Shown here: positions 1-9,904 of the stretch, one piece after another
Position numbering within the stretch: position 1 is the stretch's first letter
Layout: every line of letters starts with the position of its first letter
Made by a program: the position numbers and the translations under genes
Notes under the pieces: generated by a model
What the model saw: only the letters and a program-made list of their open reading frames with translations
Told to the model about the DNA's origin: nothing
The model's database searches: none
Origin: Candidatus Bathyarchaeum tardum
GTDB lineage: Archaea; Thermoproteota; Bathyarchaeia; Bathyarchaeales; Bathyarchaeaceae
Reading direction: 5' to 3'
NCBI GenBank assembly: GCA_024650005.2
Contig: CP122380.1
Coordinates: 1,568,001 to 1,632,000, forward strand
DNA: 64,000 bases

Positions 1-5
1 AAGTC

Positions 6-788
6 ATGGTAGAAAACGAGGGAGACTGCGACTTGTTTTCCATAATCGCAGCGTCTATAATGAAAGCAGGAGGACTGGACGTAGTTTTGCTCTTGCTTGA
101 ACAACATGACCACATGTGGGTAGGAGTAAACCTCCCAGAAAGCCCAAAGGATGCCCGTTCGCAAGTGTATTTTTACAGGCATGACGGAAAAAAATACTAC
201 GTAGCCGAAACTACAGGAGGAAACTGGGAAAAAGGATGGCGAGTTGGAGAGTGCCCAGAAATTCTGCAAAGGGCAGCAGCCCAAGTAATTCCCTTAACAA
301 ATTATGAAATATCAGCCCCGAGCCAAGTTTCGTCGGGCTATTCAGTTCCTGATCCTTCAGAAATTTTGATGTCCCTTTCTACTAGTTTGGCAGTATCCCA
401 AAACAGCATAGAAATATCGGGATCCCTTACTCCCGCGTTAGCAGGAAAAAAAGTAACATTATACGTCAGTTCATTAGGTTCAGCGTTATCCAGCCTAGCA
501 ACTGTGTTTACAGACGCCAACGGCAACTATTTCTATTCATGGGAATCCCCAAACGGAGGAATATACTCCCTGAGAGCCAACTGGTCAGGAGATGAAAACT
601 ACAGCGGCGCAGATAGTACCACCTTCAGTTTAGTTGTAGTTCCACCAAGCATACTTATTCTGGGGGGTAGCCTAATTTTTGGTTTAGTTGTTCTTATCAT
701 AGTAATGCGAGCAAAAAGAACCCCAGTATCTGAAGGATACGAAACATACGAAGAGTTAGAGTTCGAAGAATACCCTGACGATGCATGA
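6..788 (+). CDS. Membrane-anchored transglutaminase-like (Cys-His-Glu) protein with Ig-like domain; probably 5'-truncated by the window edge
   Basis: GDCDLFS...HMWVGV...YVAETT triad pattern; beta-rich TDANGNY/YSLRANWSGD Ig-like segment; C-terminal TM helix and acidic tail. Confidence 0.65.
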   Translation: MVENEGDCDLFSIIAASIMKAGGLDVVLLLLEQHDHMWVGVNLPESPKDARSQVYFYRHDGKKYYVAETTGGNWEKGWRVGECPEILQRAAAQVIPLTNYEISAPSQVSSGYSVPDPSEILMSLSTSLAVSQNSIEISGSLTPALAGKKVTLYVSSLGSALSSLATVFTDANGNYFYSWESPNGGIYSLRANWSGDENYSGADSTTFSLVVVPPSILILGGSLIFGLVVLIIVMRAKRTPVSEGYETYEELEFEEYPDDA

Positions 789-845
789 AAAAAACTTATG
801 TAACAAACAAGAACATAACAATGCAAAACATCAGAGCAGAAAACA

Positions 846-1517
846 ATGAGGATACGAATTGACTCGGAAATAAAAACCCGTTTTCCAGACCTGACAGCAC
901 TAGTGGTTCACATTGATGGGGTTAGTATCCAAAAACAAAAAAGTGAACTGGAAAATTTCAAACTCGAAGTAATTAAACAGATAAATCAAGACTTCGACCT
1001 AGAAACAGTCAAAGACCATCCAACTTTCAGGGCATATCGCGACTTTTTTTGGACCATAAAAATTGACCCAACAAAAAACCGTCCAGCATCAGAAGCTCTA
1101 ACTCGAAGAATACTGGCAAAAAAACCGATTCCTTGCATAAACACTCTAGTTGATTCTTATAATTTGGCGTCCATCACAAGTCAAATCCCCCTTGCAACGT
1201 TTGATTCCGACAAACTGGAAGGTGAAATTTTCATGCGTTTCGCCAAAAAAGGAGAACAAATCTTGGGAATAGGAATGAAAAAACCAATGGAACTACAAGG
1301 AGAAGAAATAGTTGTTAGTGACAAAAAAAAGCTCATAGCAGTTTATCCATACCGAGATTCAGACAACACCAAAGTAACAGAGCAAACAAAAAACGTTACA
1401 ATAGTAGTTTGTGGAGTCCCAAAAATATCTATAGAGTCACTAGAAAAGGCTACCCGAGTTGCAATTGAATATGTTACTCGTTTTTGCGGAGGAAAAAAAC
1501 AAAAACAACTAAGCTAA
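846..1517 (+). CDS. B3/B4 domain protein (stand-alone PheRS-beta editing-like domain)
   Basis: AYRDFF..IKIDPTKNRPASEALTRR, INTLVDSYNLAS, YRDSD motifs. Confidence 0.85.
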   Translation: MRIRIDSEIKTRFPDLTALVVHIDGVSIQKQKSELENFKLEVIKQINQDFDLETVKDHPTFRAYRDFFWTIKIDPTKNRPASEALTRRILAKKPIPCINTLVDSYNLASITSQIPLATFDSDKLEGEIFMRFAKKGEQILGIGMKKPMELQGEEIVVSDKKKLIAVYPYRDSDNTKVTEQTKNVTIVVCGVPKISIESLEKATRVAIEYVTRFCGGKKQKQLS

Positions 1518-1609
1518 AACAAAAAATTGCTTTTCGGAAAAGTCAAGATAAACATTTATAGTATTGATGTGTGTTAGTATCCTCATCAGTTTCAGGGTAT
1601 TAGAAAGTT

Positions 1610-1981
1610 ATGAACGAAGAAACGAAGATACAAAATGAAGAAACCCAACAACTTAATGAACCCCAAACTGAACAAGCAAATAAACTGTCTATAGACAAAC
1701 CTTCTGATTTTAAATTCCATGCAGCTTATCTTGCTTATTCAAAAACTTGGGACAAAGTTGAATCATCAAACACTAAAGAAGAGATAAACTCCATTCTGGT
1801 AGCTTTGTCAAAAGACGAAATGGAATATGAAGACTTCTACAAAATGTTAGACGAATTCAGAAGGCAAGGCTCTAAACATTACGAGTTCTCCAGGCAAAAA
1901 ATCGAAACCCAAAGAAAACGAGACTGGAGACAAAAACAAAACCGCAGCCAAAGAAACCAAAGGCACAAAGGACGACACTAA
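1610..1981 (+). CDS. Hypothetical protein with basic C-terminal tail
   Basis: Clean ORF, upstream TTTATA, downstream T-tracts. Confidence 0.6.
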   Translation: MNEETKIQNEETQQLNEPQTEQANKLSIDKPSDFKFHAAYLAYSKTWDKVESSNTKEEINSILVALSKDEMEYEDFYKMLDEFRRQGSKHYEFSRQKIETQRKRDWRQKQNRSQRNQRHKGRH

Positions 1982-2140
1982 ACGTCTCCTTTTCTGCTAC
2001 AAAATTTGTTTTAATGCTTTTTGTTTTTACATTCGGATTTTGATACGCTCTAATTATTAAAATTGAAACTCTAGTTTTTTGCTTGGATTAACTTAAAAAA
2101 TAAAAATTGAGAAAAAGAAAGGAAAAAATTAACTTTTTTC

Positions 2141-2752
2141 CTAGGAATTATTTTGTTTTTTGTGACCTACGATAACGAAGGCTGATGCAATCGTTGCAAG
2201 GGCAACTAACAGAACTGCTGCGCCCATTGTCGGAGTTTCAGTTGATATTGTTTTTGGTGCAATTAGAGGTTGAGAGTTTTCTTCGTTGCCTACCTGGGTA
2301 ATTCCAAGATCTGAGCCGTCTTCAGGTTTTACAAAATCACTTGTTTCATCTCCATTTCGAGGCAATTCCTCAGTATCAGGCAATAGTTGCTGTCCATTAT
2401 CGTCGATTGAAGTAATTCCGAGATCAGAACCATCTTCAGGGCGTACAAAATCAACAAGTTGATCTTCAGTTTCAACCAAGTCTTCACGACCCTGCAATAG
2501 TTCTCCAGGTTCAGCAATTGCGGTAATTCCAAGGTCTGAACCATCTTCGGGTTTTACAAAATCAACTTCTTGGTTAGTTGTTCGAACAAAGTCCTCAGTA
2601 GGCAGAGGAAATGTTGCTAATTTATCAATGGTTTCGGATGTGGCTTGCACCATAGAGATTGCACCAACTTGTAGAATTGTGGCAATCATTAGTGTGCAAA
2701 TTAATATTCGTGTCAGTTTTGTCTTTGAAAGATTTGCTTTCATTTTTTTCAC
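2141..2752 (-). CDS. Secreted, C-terminally anchored acidic repeat protein
   Basis: Signal peptide, three DFV[KR]PEDGSDLGIT repeats, C-terminal TM followed by HKK. Confidence 0.75.
   Translation of the reverse strand: MKKMKANLSKTKLTRILICTLMIATILQVGAISMVQATSETIDKLATFPLPTEDFVRTTNQEVDFVKPEDGSDLGITAIAEPGELLQGREDLVETEDQLVDFVRPEDGSDLGITSIDDNGQQLLPDTEELPRNGDETSDFVKPEDGSDLGITQVGNEENSQPLIAPKTISTETPTMGAAVLLVALATIASAFVIVGHKKQNNS
2298..2563 (-). repeat. Three ~41-nt coding direct repeats (2298-2338, 2412-2452, 2523-2563)
   Basis: Same peptide with synonymous differences; periods 114 and 111 nt. Confidence 0.85.
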
Positions 2753-2947
2753 AAGCTAACTCTTTACGCAAAAATCACCTTTTATCCCATGCATTAGAAC
2801 AACATAGACTAACCTTTAGGCCAAAGTGTTCTACTTTTTGGACGCTAACACTACTCATTTTTAAAACTGAGTTGCTTGTTCTGGGGGGTTCTAATATGCG
2901 AATAAGTAAGAAAAAACAATGAAAAACAAAAATTATGGGGGAAAGCC

Positions 2948-3469
2948 CTAAAGAAACGCTAGCCACCCGATTACTACAAAAAAAACCTGAATTAAACCAA
3001 GAATTAAAAGAAAAAGCAGTAATTGCAAAGTAATATTGATTGATTCTTTTGTGTTCAATTTTTCTTTTTTTATATAATAAACTAAGATTGTTAAACCAAA
3101 TAACCCAACTAAAATTATAATATAGTTAAAGCCTATTGTGTCAACGAGAAATGCGTAATTAAACATCACTAACGAAAAATTGTTCAAACCCAAAAGGATG
3201 CTGATCAATCCTATGGTGTAACTGAAAGTTTTTCGAAGAATACAAGATAGAAAAGGTACAAAGATCGCATTAGAAAATAAGTAAATAGGGATAAACCAAA
3301 CGGAGATTGAAATTAGCTCGCCCAAGATAGGGTTTGTTTCTGTACCAATGTTTAAACCCACAAAAAGCAAAGTTGATAACGTATCTACAAAAACTGCAAA
3401 AAACAGTAACAAAACTGGAAAATCAATTATGTAAGTTAATTGATATAAATTGAACCTGTGACTTTTCAC
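2948..3469 (-). CDS. Multi-pass membrane protein (DUF5658-like)
   Basis: Hydrophobic helices; D..ST....G.ETNPI motif. Confidence 0.6.
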   Translation of the reverse strand: MKSHRFNLYQLTYIIDFPVLLLFFAVFVDTLSTLLFVGLNIGTETNPILGELISISVWFIPIYLFSNAIFVPFLSCILRKTFSYTIGLISILLGLNNFSLVMFNYAFLVDTIGFNYIIILVGLFGLTILVYYIKKEKLNTKESINITLQLLLFLLILGLIQVFFVVIGWLAFL

Positions 3470-4098
3470 AACAGAGAATGGATTTTAGGTAAAATAAATT
3501 TTTTTTAAAAAAAATGGTTGACCGATAGCTTCCTTTTACATGCGTACTCGTGCGTGTTTTTTTGTTGAGAGAAGATAGTAGGAGAGAATGGGATTAGAGA
3601 GAGAGTTAACGAGCGAGAGAATCCTATTGGCTTTGGAGTTAAAATTTTAAAAAAATAAAACTGTTTTTGATTTGACATACTGCTTTTTGAATTCCCTGAT
3701 TCTTTTGTGACGTGACCTTCAAGGGCATTCAGCCTGAAAAAATAATTTTGATGTAGAATCAAGTGGGTTTCAGTTTGAAATCAGTTTGGTTTCAGAATGA
3801 TCTCAGAAAAGGCAGTTGAATAATAACACAATATTACATTACTATATTATTAGAGCGGTTTTAGTAACCGCCTATTTTTCTGAGAATAAAAATAGAATGT
3901 GTGTTGTTGAAAAAGGATATTGATAAAAAAAATCTAATGTCATCTAAAGCGATAATAAATTAATTTATAATCTAGTATAAACTCGAACTGTCTTCAGATA
4001 AAATTTCATCACCAAGTATTAGTCTAGCTTTGAATGAAGAGGTCCCTCCAAGATAGGCAAAACCGTAATAAAGAGTTGTATTAATTTTCATTTCGCTC

Positions 4099-4950
4099 CT
4101 AATTCGAGAACTTCAACTGAAATTTCTTTCTATAAACTGCAACTGTAACTGTAGCAATCAAGAACAGCGGTAAAATAATCCATGAAGGAAACTCTGCAAT
4201 AGAATCGATGTTTTCTTCAACGATTATTGTGTAACTATTTATTAGACCCGAACTAATTTCCAGATAAAATGTTCCACTTTGGTTAAGCAATTCAACACCA
4301 TTTCTGTTTCCACCGGGAGGCTCAGTTATTTTATTGAAATACGTGGTGGATTCTCCTTCTTTGTATGTGGTTACATGTAACGTATGCATCTCAGCAAAAT
4401 GCCAATGTCCAGGATCAAATTCCCACCTGATTCGCCATTCAGCGTGGTCACACGCAAAAACTTCTGTTATAAATCCTTTAGATCCAATAAATCTTGTCAC
4501 TTCAACCCAATTATCCGAGGGAGTATCGGGAACATAACCCATGCTTTTTTCAACTCTTACAGTGAAATTTTGTGTATTACAGCTTAATTTTAGACAAAAA
4601 ACACCTTGCTCATGAAAATACCTAGTTTGCTCATCACCATTATGTATTCCCGTACGAGATATTTGGATTAGTTTATCATCCCCTGAAACTCCAGTATTAA
4701 CATTAATTGTTAAACCTGTTTTATCTTCGGCAACATCGGTTCTAGGCTCGTATTCCCACACAATTCGCCAAACACAAACAGAAGAGCTAATGTTGAAAGG
4801 CTCTATTTCATACGAGTTAAGGACGTCTCCCGTAACTCTATCCACTTCAACCCAATTCCAATTCTCTGAAGAAGCACAAACAACGTTAGGCGCACAGGTT
4901 AAAAGGAATAAAACAGTCACCAATGAACTGAGAATCATTAAATTCTTCAT
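4099..4950 (-). CDS. Secreted protein with two duplicated beta-rich domains and PEF-CTERM-like anchor
   Basis: Signal peptide; NWVEVxR...WRIxWE[YF]xP twice; IAEFP-TM-RKK; start moved to MKNLM. Confidence 0.75.
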   Translation of the reverse strand: MKNLMILSSLVTVLFLLTCAPNVVCASSENWNWVEVDRVTGDVLNSYEIEPFNISSSVCVWRIVWEYEPRTDVAEDKTGLTINVNTGVSGDDKLIQISRTGIHNGDEQTRYFHEQGVFCLKLSCNTQNFTVRVEKSMGYVPDTPSDNWVEVTRFIGSKGFITEVFACDHAEWRIRWEFDPGHWHFAEMHTLHVTTYKEGESTTYFNKITEPPGGNRNGVELLNQSGTFYLEISSGLINSYTIIVEENIDSIAEFPSWIILPLFLIATVTVAVYRKKFQLKFSN

Positions 4951-5246
4951 TATTTTTCTAATATTGCTGTATTTAGAAAACACAAAAGGCTTTTTGTCAA
5001 GAAACCTTGACCACAATCAGCTTCTAATAAGTCAAGAAAGTTTGACCACACTTCTTTTCTTATTTTTTATTTTCAGTATGCTCTCTGCTTTCAGTAAGTT
5101 CTTTCCAACATAGTTTTTAAGAAATCAATTTGATGTTAGTTACTTTGGAAGACTTGGATTCGGTTTAGTTCCTTCAATGGCAATATGCAAAACGAATGAA
5201 ACAATTAACAATTGTTATAAGATTTCAAACAAGAAAAAATTCACAA

Positions 5247-5696
5247 TTAAATTCTAGTAACAAGAACTGGGCAAGTGGCTTTTTCAAGTACTCCACTACT
5301 AACGCTGCCTAACAGTAGTTTTCTTATTGGTCCCTGACCCCTAGCGCCCATTGTTATTAAATCAAATTTACCCAATTCTGCTTTTTCTAATATTTCGTCA
5401 ACAATATTGCCTTTTTTAAAAACGGTCTCTACAGAAAGACCCTCAATTAATACTAATGCTTTGCTCATTTCTAAAAGATTGTAGGAGTCCTCGGGGATGT
5501 CTTCATCAGAAATTGTGTGAGCCTGTTTTCTTCGAATTTTTCCAGTAATCCCCGACCTTTTGTATTTTTCACTTGCTTCAATGATGTGAATTAATGTCAA
5601 TTTACTGTTAAATTTTTTTCCAATTTCAATTGCAACTTGAAGTGATTTCTTAGAAAAATTTGAATAGTCTAAAGGAACAAGTATTTTACTAAACAT
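5247..5696 (-). CDS. Universal stress protein (UspA family)
   Basis: KILVPLDYS, DLITMGARG, LLGSVS, CPVLV. Confidence 0.92.
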   Translation of the reverse strand: MFSKILVPLDYSNFSKKSLQVAIEIGKKFNSKLTLIHIIEASEKYKRSGITGKIRRKQAHTISDEDIPEDSYNLLEMSKALVLIEGLSVETVFKKGNIVDEILEKAELGKFDLITMGARGQGPIRKLLLGSVSSGVLEKATCPVLVTRI

Positions 5697-5801
5697 AAAT
5701 TATCACATCAAATCGGCATAACAATTAGCATTAAATAACATAATAGCTCCGAACATAAAAAATTTTTCAAAATTTGAAGTTTAAATAGGGTGATTATTCC
5801 C

Positions 5802-6800
5802 TTATAGTTCCTCAATTATTGCATCTGTAACTTGCCCAGTTGACGAAGAGCCACCAAGGTCTGGAGTCAACACTTTTCCGTTTTCTAAAACAGACAACAA
5901 AGCAGTTTCTACCCGTTTTGCCCAACTAGTTTCCCCAAAATAGTCCAACATCATCTTTGCAGCCATAATAGCAGCCATAGGATTAGCTATGCCTTTTCCA
6001 GCAATGTCAGGAGCGGAACCATGAACAGGCTCAAACAAAGCGTAATCTGCTCCAATGTTAGCACTAGGAGCTAGACCTAAGCCGCCAACAAGTCCTGCTG
6101 CTTCATCAGATAAAATGTCACCAAAAAGGTTTGAGGTTACAATTACGTCGTAAGCTTGGGGTTTCATAACAAGGTTCATTGCTGCAACATCAACAAGTAG
6201 TTCATTCATTTCTACTTCAGGATAATCCTTTGCAATACCACGAGCAACTTCAAGGAACAACCCATCAGATTTACGCATAATGTTGGCTTTAGTAACAACG
6301 GTCAACTGTTTTCGGCGTTTTAATGACAACTCAAAAGCATACTTTACAATCCTCTCAGTTGCTTTTCGAGTAATAACACGCACTGAACAAGCAGCATCAG
6401 GTAACTCAAACTCCATTCCGCTGTACAATCCTTCGGTATTTTCCCGTACAATAACTAAATCCACGCCTTCAAAACCGGTTTTCAGAGGTAAACTCTTCGC
6501 AGGTCGAATATTTGCATAAAGATCAAAAGCTTTACGCAGGGTTAGTATTGCGCTTTTATATCCTGGAACACCTAGAGGTGTCGTTGTTGCTCCAAACAAG
6601 CAAGCTTGGGTGTTGTTTCTCATTTGATTGATTACTTCGTCAGGAACGGAATTTCCAGTTTTTTTGAATACATCGTAGCCAATTTCAAAAGTTTGGCAAT
6701 CAAAAGTTAGATCGGTGCTTTCCAGTAACCGAATCGCTTCGGGAACTACTTCATGTCCGATTCCTGAACCAGGAATTACTGCCAGCTTATACGTTGTCAT
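5802..6800 (-). CDS. Homoisocitrate dehydrogenase (IDH/IPMDH family)
   Basis: VRENTEGLY, NLFGDILSD, EPVHGSAPDIAG; last gene of homocitrate synthase/homoaconitase operon; start moved to MTTYKL. Confidence 0.85.
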   Translation of the reverse strand: MTTYKLAVIPGSGIGHEVVPEAIRLLESTDLTFDCQTFEIGYDVFKKTGNSVPDEVINQMRNNTQACLFGATTTPLGVPGYKSAILTLRKAFDLYANIRPAKSLPLKTGFEGVDLVIVRENTEGLYSGMEFELPDAACSVRVITRKATERIVKYAFELSLKRRKQLTVVTKANIMRKSDGLFLEVARGIAKDYPEVEMNELLVDVAAMNLVMKPQAYDVIVTSNLFGDILSDEAAGLVGGLGLAPSANIGADYALFEPVHGSAPDIAGKGIANPMAAIMAAKMMLDYFGETSWAKRVETALLSVLENGKVLTPDLGGSSSTGQVTDAIIEEL

Positions 6801-7272
6801 AGCCGTCGCTTCGGAGAAATTCCACGAGCCCTCCTTTTGCAACAATCTTTTGCATAAACTCGGGCAAGGGCTTTACTGTAATAGTGATGTTTTTGGTTTT
6901 GTTTAAAATTTCCCCTGTTTTGGTCTTGACTTCTACTTCGTCGCCATCATCGATTTGGTCAGTATCTTCGGACACATACAAGGGCAATCCAATGTTTATG
7001 GAGTTACGGAAAAAAATTCGAGCAAAAGACTTAGCAATTACTGCACTGATTCCAGCTGCTTTTATTGCTACCGGAGAATGCTCACGAGAAGAGCCACAAC
7101 CAAAATTGTTTCCCGCAACGATTATGTCGCCTTCAGCTACGTTTTTTCCAAACTCTGGACGATATTCTATAAAGGCGATTTCACCTAACCGTTTTTTGTC
7201 TGTTGTTACGGTATATCGTCCGGGCGTTATTACGTCAGTGTTTATGTCATCTCCAAATTTCCATGCTCTCAT
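6787..7272 (-). CDS. lysU: Homoaconitase small subunit (LysU/HacB, LeuD family)
   Basis: FGDDINTDVITPGRY, NFGCGSSREH, ARIFFRN; lysine-cluster context. Confidence 0.8.
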   Translation of the reverse strand: MRAWKFGDDINTDVITPGRYTVTTDKKRLGEIAFIEYRPEFGKNVAEGDIIVAGNNFGCGSSREHSPVAIKAAGISAVIAKSFARIFFRNSINIGLPLYVSEDTDQIDDGDEVEVKTKTGEILNKTKNITITVKPLPEFMQKIVAKGGLVEFLRSDGYDNV

Positions 7273-8507
7273 ATGTAATCCCTCGGATCAACAATCTTTC
7301 CTGCCAACGCAGAAGCGGCTGCAGTAGCAGGAGAACCTAAAATAATATCAGCTTTAGGAGAACCCATGCGGCCACTAAAGTTACGGTTCTGAGTTGAAAG
7401 ACACACTTCCCCTTCACCTAATACTCCACCGTGGCGACCCACACATGGACCGCACGTAGGATTACAAACTGTAGCACCTGCATCAACAAGAGCTTGCAAG
7501 TAACCCAGTTCAAGGGATGCAAAGTATATGTCTTGAGAAGCAGGAGTAACTAACAACCGCACGTTTCGTGCAACTTTTTTGCCTTTCAAAATCTTGACGG
7601 CAATTTCTATGTCTTCTAAGCGTCCGTTAGTGCAGGTTCCAAGAAAGACTTGGTCTATTGGTTTTCCTTCAACTTCGGAAACTGCAACAACATTATCAAC
7701 TACAGGAGGCAAAGCAACTTGAGGCTCGATGTCTTCAACTTCAATTTCAAATTCGTCATCGTAAGTAACGTTTTTGTCGCTCTTGAAAATTTTTCCTGTT
7801 CTTCTCCCCAGAAAATCTAGGGTTTTTTGGTCAGCTTCGATTATGCCGCTTTTACCACCCATTTCTATTGCCATGTTACACAAAGTTAAACGTGAAGCAA
7901 CAGATGCTTTTTTGACGTAATCACCTGTAAATTCGCAAGCTTTGTAAAGGGCACCATCAGCACCAACATCCCCTACAATACTTAAGATAACGTCTTTTGC
8001 GTAAACACCTTTTTGGGTTGACCCAGTTAAATTGAATTTTAAGCTTTCGGGAACTTTGAACCAACATTTTCCAGTGGCCATTACTCCACCAATATCAGTT
8101 GAACCCAAGCCAGTGGTGAAAGCACCTAAGGCACCTTCAGTACAAGTATGAGAGTCTGCTCCGACTACTACGTCCCCGGGGGAAACATATTTTTCAACCA
8201 AAAGCTGGTGACAAACACCATTAGTGTGAAATCCTGAAATGTTTTGTTCCATTACAAAGTCCCGTGACTTTTTGTGCAATGCAGCACCAGCTACAGTTGG
8301 AGCTGGAAAGAAGTGGTCAAACACAATTATTACACGGTCTTTGTCGAAGACTTTATCGGTTATTTTGCTAAAAGCTTCAATCGCCAAAGGCGTAGTTGAA
8401 TCGTGAGCCATCACGTAGCTCACGTCTGCTACTACAAAATCCCCAGCGGTTACCTCTTTTTGATGGGAAGCGTTAGCCAAAATTTTTTCAGTAATTGTAG
8501 AAGGCAT
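7269..8507 (-). CDS. lysT: Homoaconitase large subunit (LysT/HacA, LeuC family)
   Basis: GADSHTCT, GTCTNGR, CGPCVG Fe-S ligands, NRNFSGRMG. Confidence 0.82.
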   Translation of the reverse strand: MPSTITEKILANASHQKEVTAGDFVVADVSYVMAHDSTTPLAIEAFSKITDKVFDKDRVIIVFDHFFPAPTVAGAALHKKSRDFVMEQNISGFHTNGVCHQLLVEKYVSPGDVVVGADSHTCTEGALGAFTTGLGSTDIGGVMATGKCWFKVPESLKFNLTGSTQKGVYAKDVILSIVGDVGADGALYKACEFTGDYVKKASVASRLTLCNMAIEMGGKSGIIEADQKTLDFLGRRTGKIFKSDKNVTYDDEFEIEVEDIEPQVALPPVVDNVVAVSEVEGKPIDQVFLGTCTNGRLEDIEIAVKILKGKKVARNVRLLVTPASQDIYFASLELGYLQALVDAGATVCNPTCGPCVGRHGGVLGEGEVCLSTQNRNFSGRMGSPKADIILGSPATAAASALAGKIVDPRDYI

Positions 8508-8513
8508 AGTTTT

Positions 8514-9749
8514 TCACTTTTGAATTTCGTCAATCATTTGCTTGATCTCTTGGGGTGTGTATGAACTTCGTCTTCCTTCGCGAGAGAATGCATTCTTTAT
8601 TTTTTCAAGAACTAAACGTGCAGTTTCATCAGAGATTTCAATACCAAGCTCTTTTGCCACGTAGATGATTCCATGCCTTCCACCTAGTTCGTCGATGTAA
8701 ATTTTTCGTTCCTGTCCCATCATACGAGGAGGATAAAACTCGTAAGTTTCAGGGTTCATCAAAACACCATGCTGATGAATACCTGAACTATGAGCAGTAA
8801 CATTGTTCCCAGTTAACGGCTTATGAGGAGGCATTTTGATTCCCGAAATCCTTTCAACTAATTGAGAAAGGGAAGTAAGCTGCTTCATTTCAAAAGAGCT
8901 AGTTCCATACAACATATGAAGCACTGGAATGATTTCTTCAGTTTTTGTTATTCCAGCTCTTTCACCAATGCCATTTACTGACGTGGATACTGTTGAAGCG
9001 CCTGCCTCGATAGCTGCTAATGAATTAGCTAACGCCAAACCTAAATCGTTATGACAGTGCACTTCAATTGGAATGTCTACTGCACTTCCGATTTCTTTCA
9101 CCATAAAAGCCATACCATTTGGTCCTACACAACCTAGGGTGTCAACTACTCTTGCCCGGTCTGCCCCTGCATCTTCGGCTGTTTTGTATGCTTTCTTCAA
9201 GAATTCAAGGTCGTTTTCTCGGGTGGTGTCTTCTGCACTGTATATCACGTATAGTCCATAACTTTCGGCATAACTGATCATTTCTTCCAATTTTTCCAGG
9301 TAGACTTCTTTGGTCATTCCTTTGAACTTGTATTGACGATGATATGGAGAAATTGAAAGGGAAACTACAATGCCGTCTGCTCCTACATCGGCTACAACGT
9401 CGATGTCTTCTTTTTTTGCTCGAGCAAAAGATGAAAGTTGAGCGTCTAAGTTAAGGTCAACTAGGGCTTCTACACATTTTCGTTGTTTTTCTGAGGCGGC
9501 TGGAAATCCTGCTTCTATTTGGGGTATGCCAACCTCATCTAATTTTTTTGCTATTTCCAGTTTTTCAGCGATACTGAAAACTACTCCTGGAGTTTGTTCA
9601 CCTTCTCTTAAAGTGCTGTCGTGAACAATATATTCGTCCAAGGATGGCACTTTGAAATTGGTGAAATTGTATGGGCTAGGTAATATGCCTTCTTTTTTGA
9701 GTTTTGCAAGAAGTCTTTGACCTTGCTCATTGACGTATTCATTTTCCAC
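8514..9749 (-). CDS. lysS: Homocitrate synthase (DRE-TIM family)
   Basis: DSTLREGEQ, HCHNDLG, NGIGERAG, HSSGIH; no LeuA-type C-terminal regulatory domain. Confidence 0.8.
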   Translation of the reverse strand: MENEYVNEQGQRLLAKLKKEGILPSPYNFTNFKVPSLDEYIVHDSTLREGEQTPGVVFSIAEKLEIAKKLDEVGIPQIEAGFPAASEKQRKCVEALVDLNLDAQLSSFARAKKEDIDVVADVGADGIVVSLSISPYHRQYKFKGMTKEVYLEKLEEMISYAESYGLYVIYSAEDTTRENDLEFLKKAYKTAEDAGADRARVVDTLGCVGPNGMAFMVKEIGSAVDIPIEVHCHNDLGLALANSLAAIEAGASTVSTSVNGIGERAGITKTEEIIPVLHMLYGTSSFEMKQLTSLSQLVERISGIKMPPHKPLTGNNVTAHSSGIHQHGVLMNPETYEFYPPRMMGQERKIYIDELGGRHGIIYVAKELGIEISDETARLVLEKIKNAFSREGRRSSYTPQEIKQMIDEIQK

Positions 9750-9870
9750 TGTCTAAACCGTCCTTTTTCACACTATGGAACTAAATAGAGTTTTGGAAGA
9801 ATACAATTCGGACAAATATATATACTTTATGTAAAAATATATGGCATAGAATACGAAAAGGTTACCACCA

Positions 9871-9885
9871 TTTCTGAATCCGTAA
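9871..9885. promoter_or_regulatory. Putative LysM box upstream of homocitrate synthase operon
   Basis: TTTCTGAATCCGTAA; centre ~58 bp upstream of TATATATA (9817-9824). Confidence 0.5.
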
Positions 9886-9904
9886 TAGAAGATTTCAACA
9901 AAAC

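Noticed and set aside
2298-2563. Spaced direct repeats resembling a mini-CRISPR
   Set aside because: In-frame coding repeats differing at synonymous sites, ~70-nt spacers, no cas genes
3505-3762. 85-aa ORF from the track
   Set aside because: Low-complexity translation of CT/GA-rich intergenic DNA, no recognisable motif
5802-9749. Leucine biosynthesis operon (leuACDB)
   Set aside because: Synthase lacks the LeuA regulatory domain and the cluster is tied to lysM/lysW, so lysine is the better call; dual use not excluded
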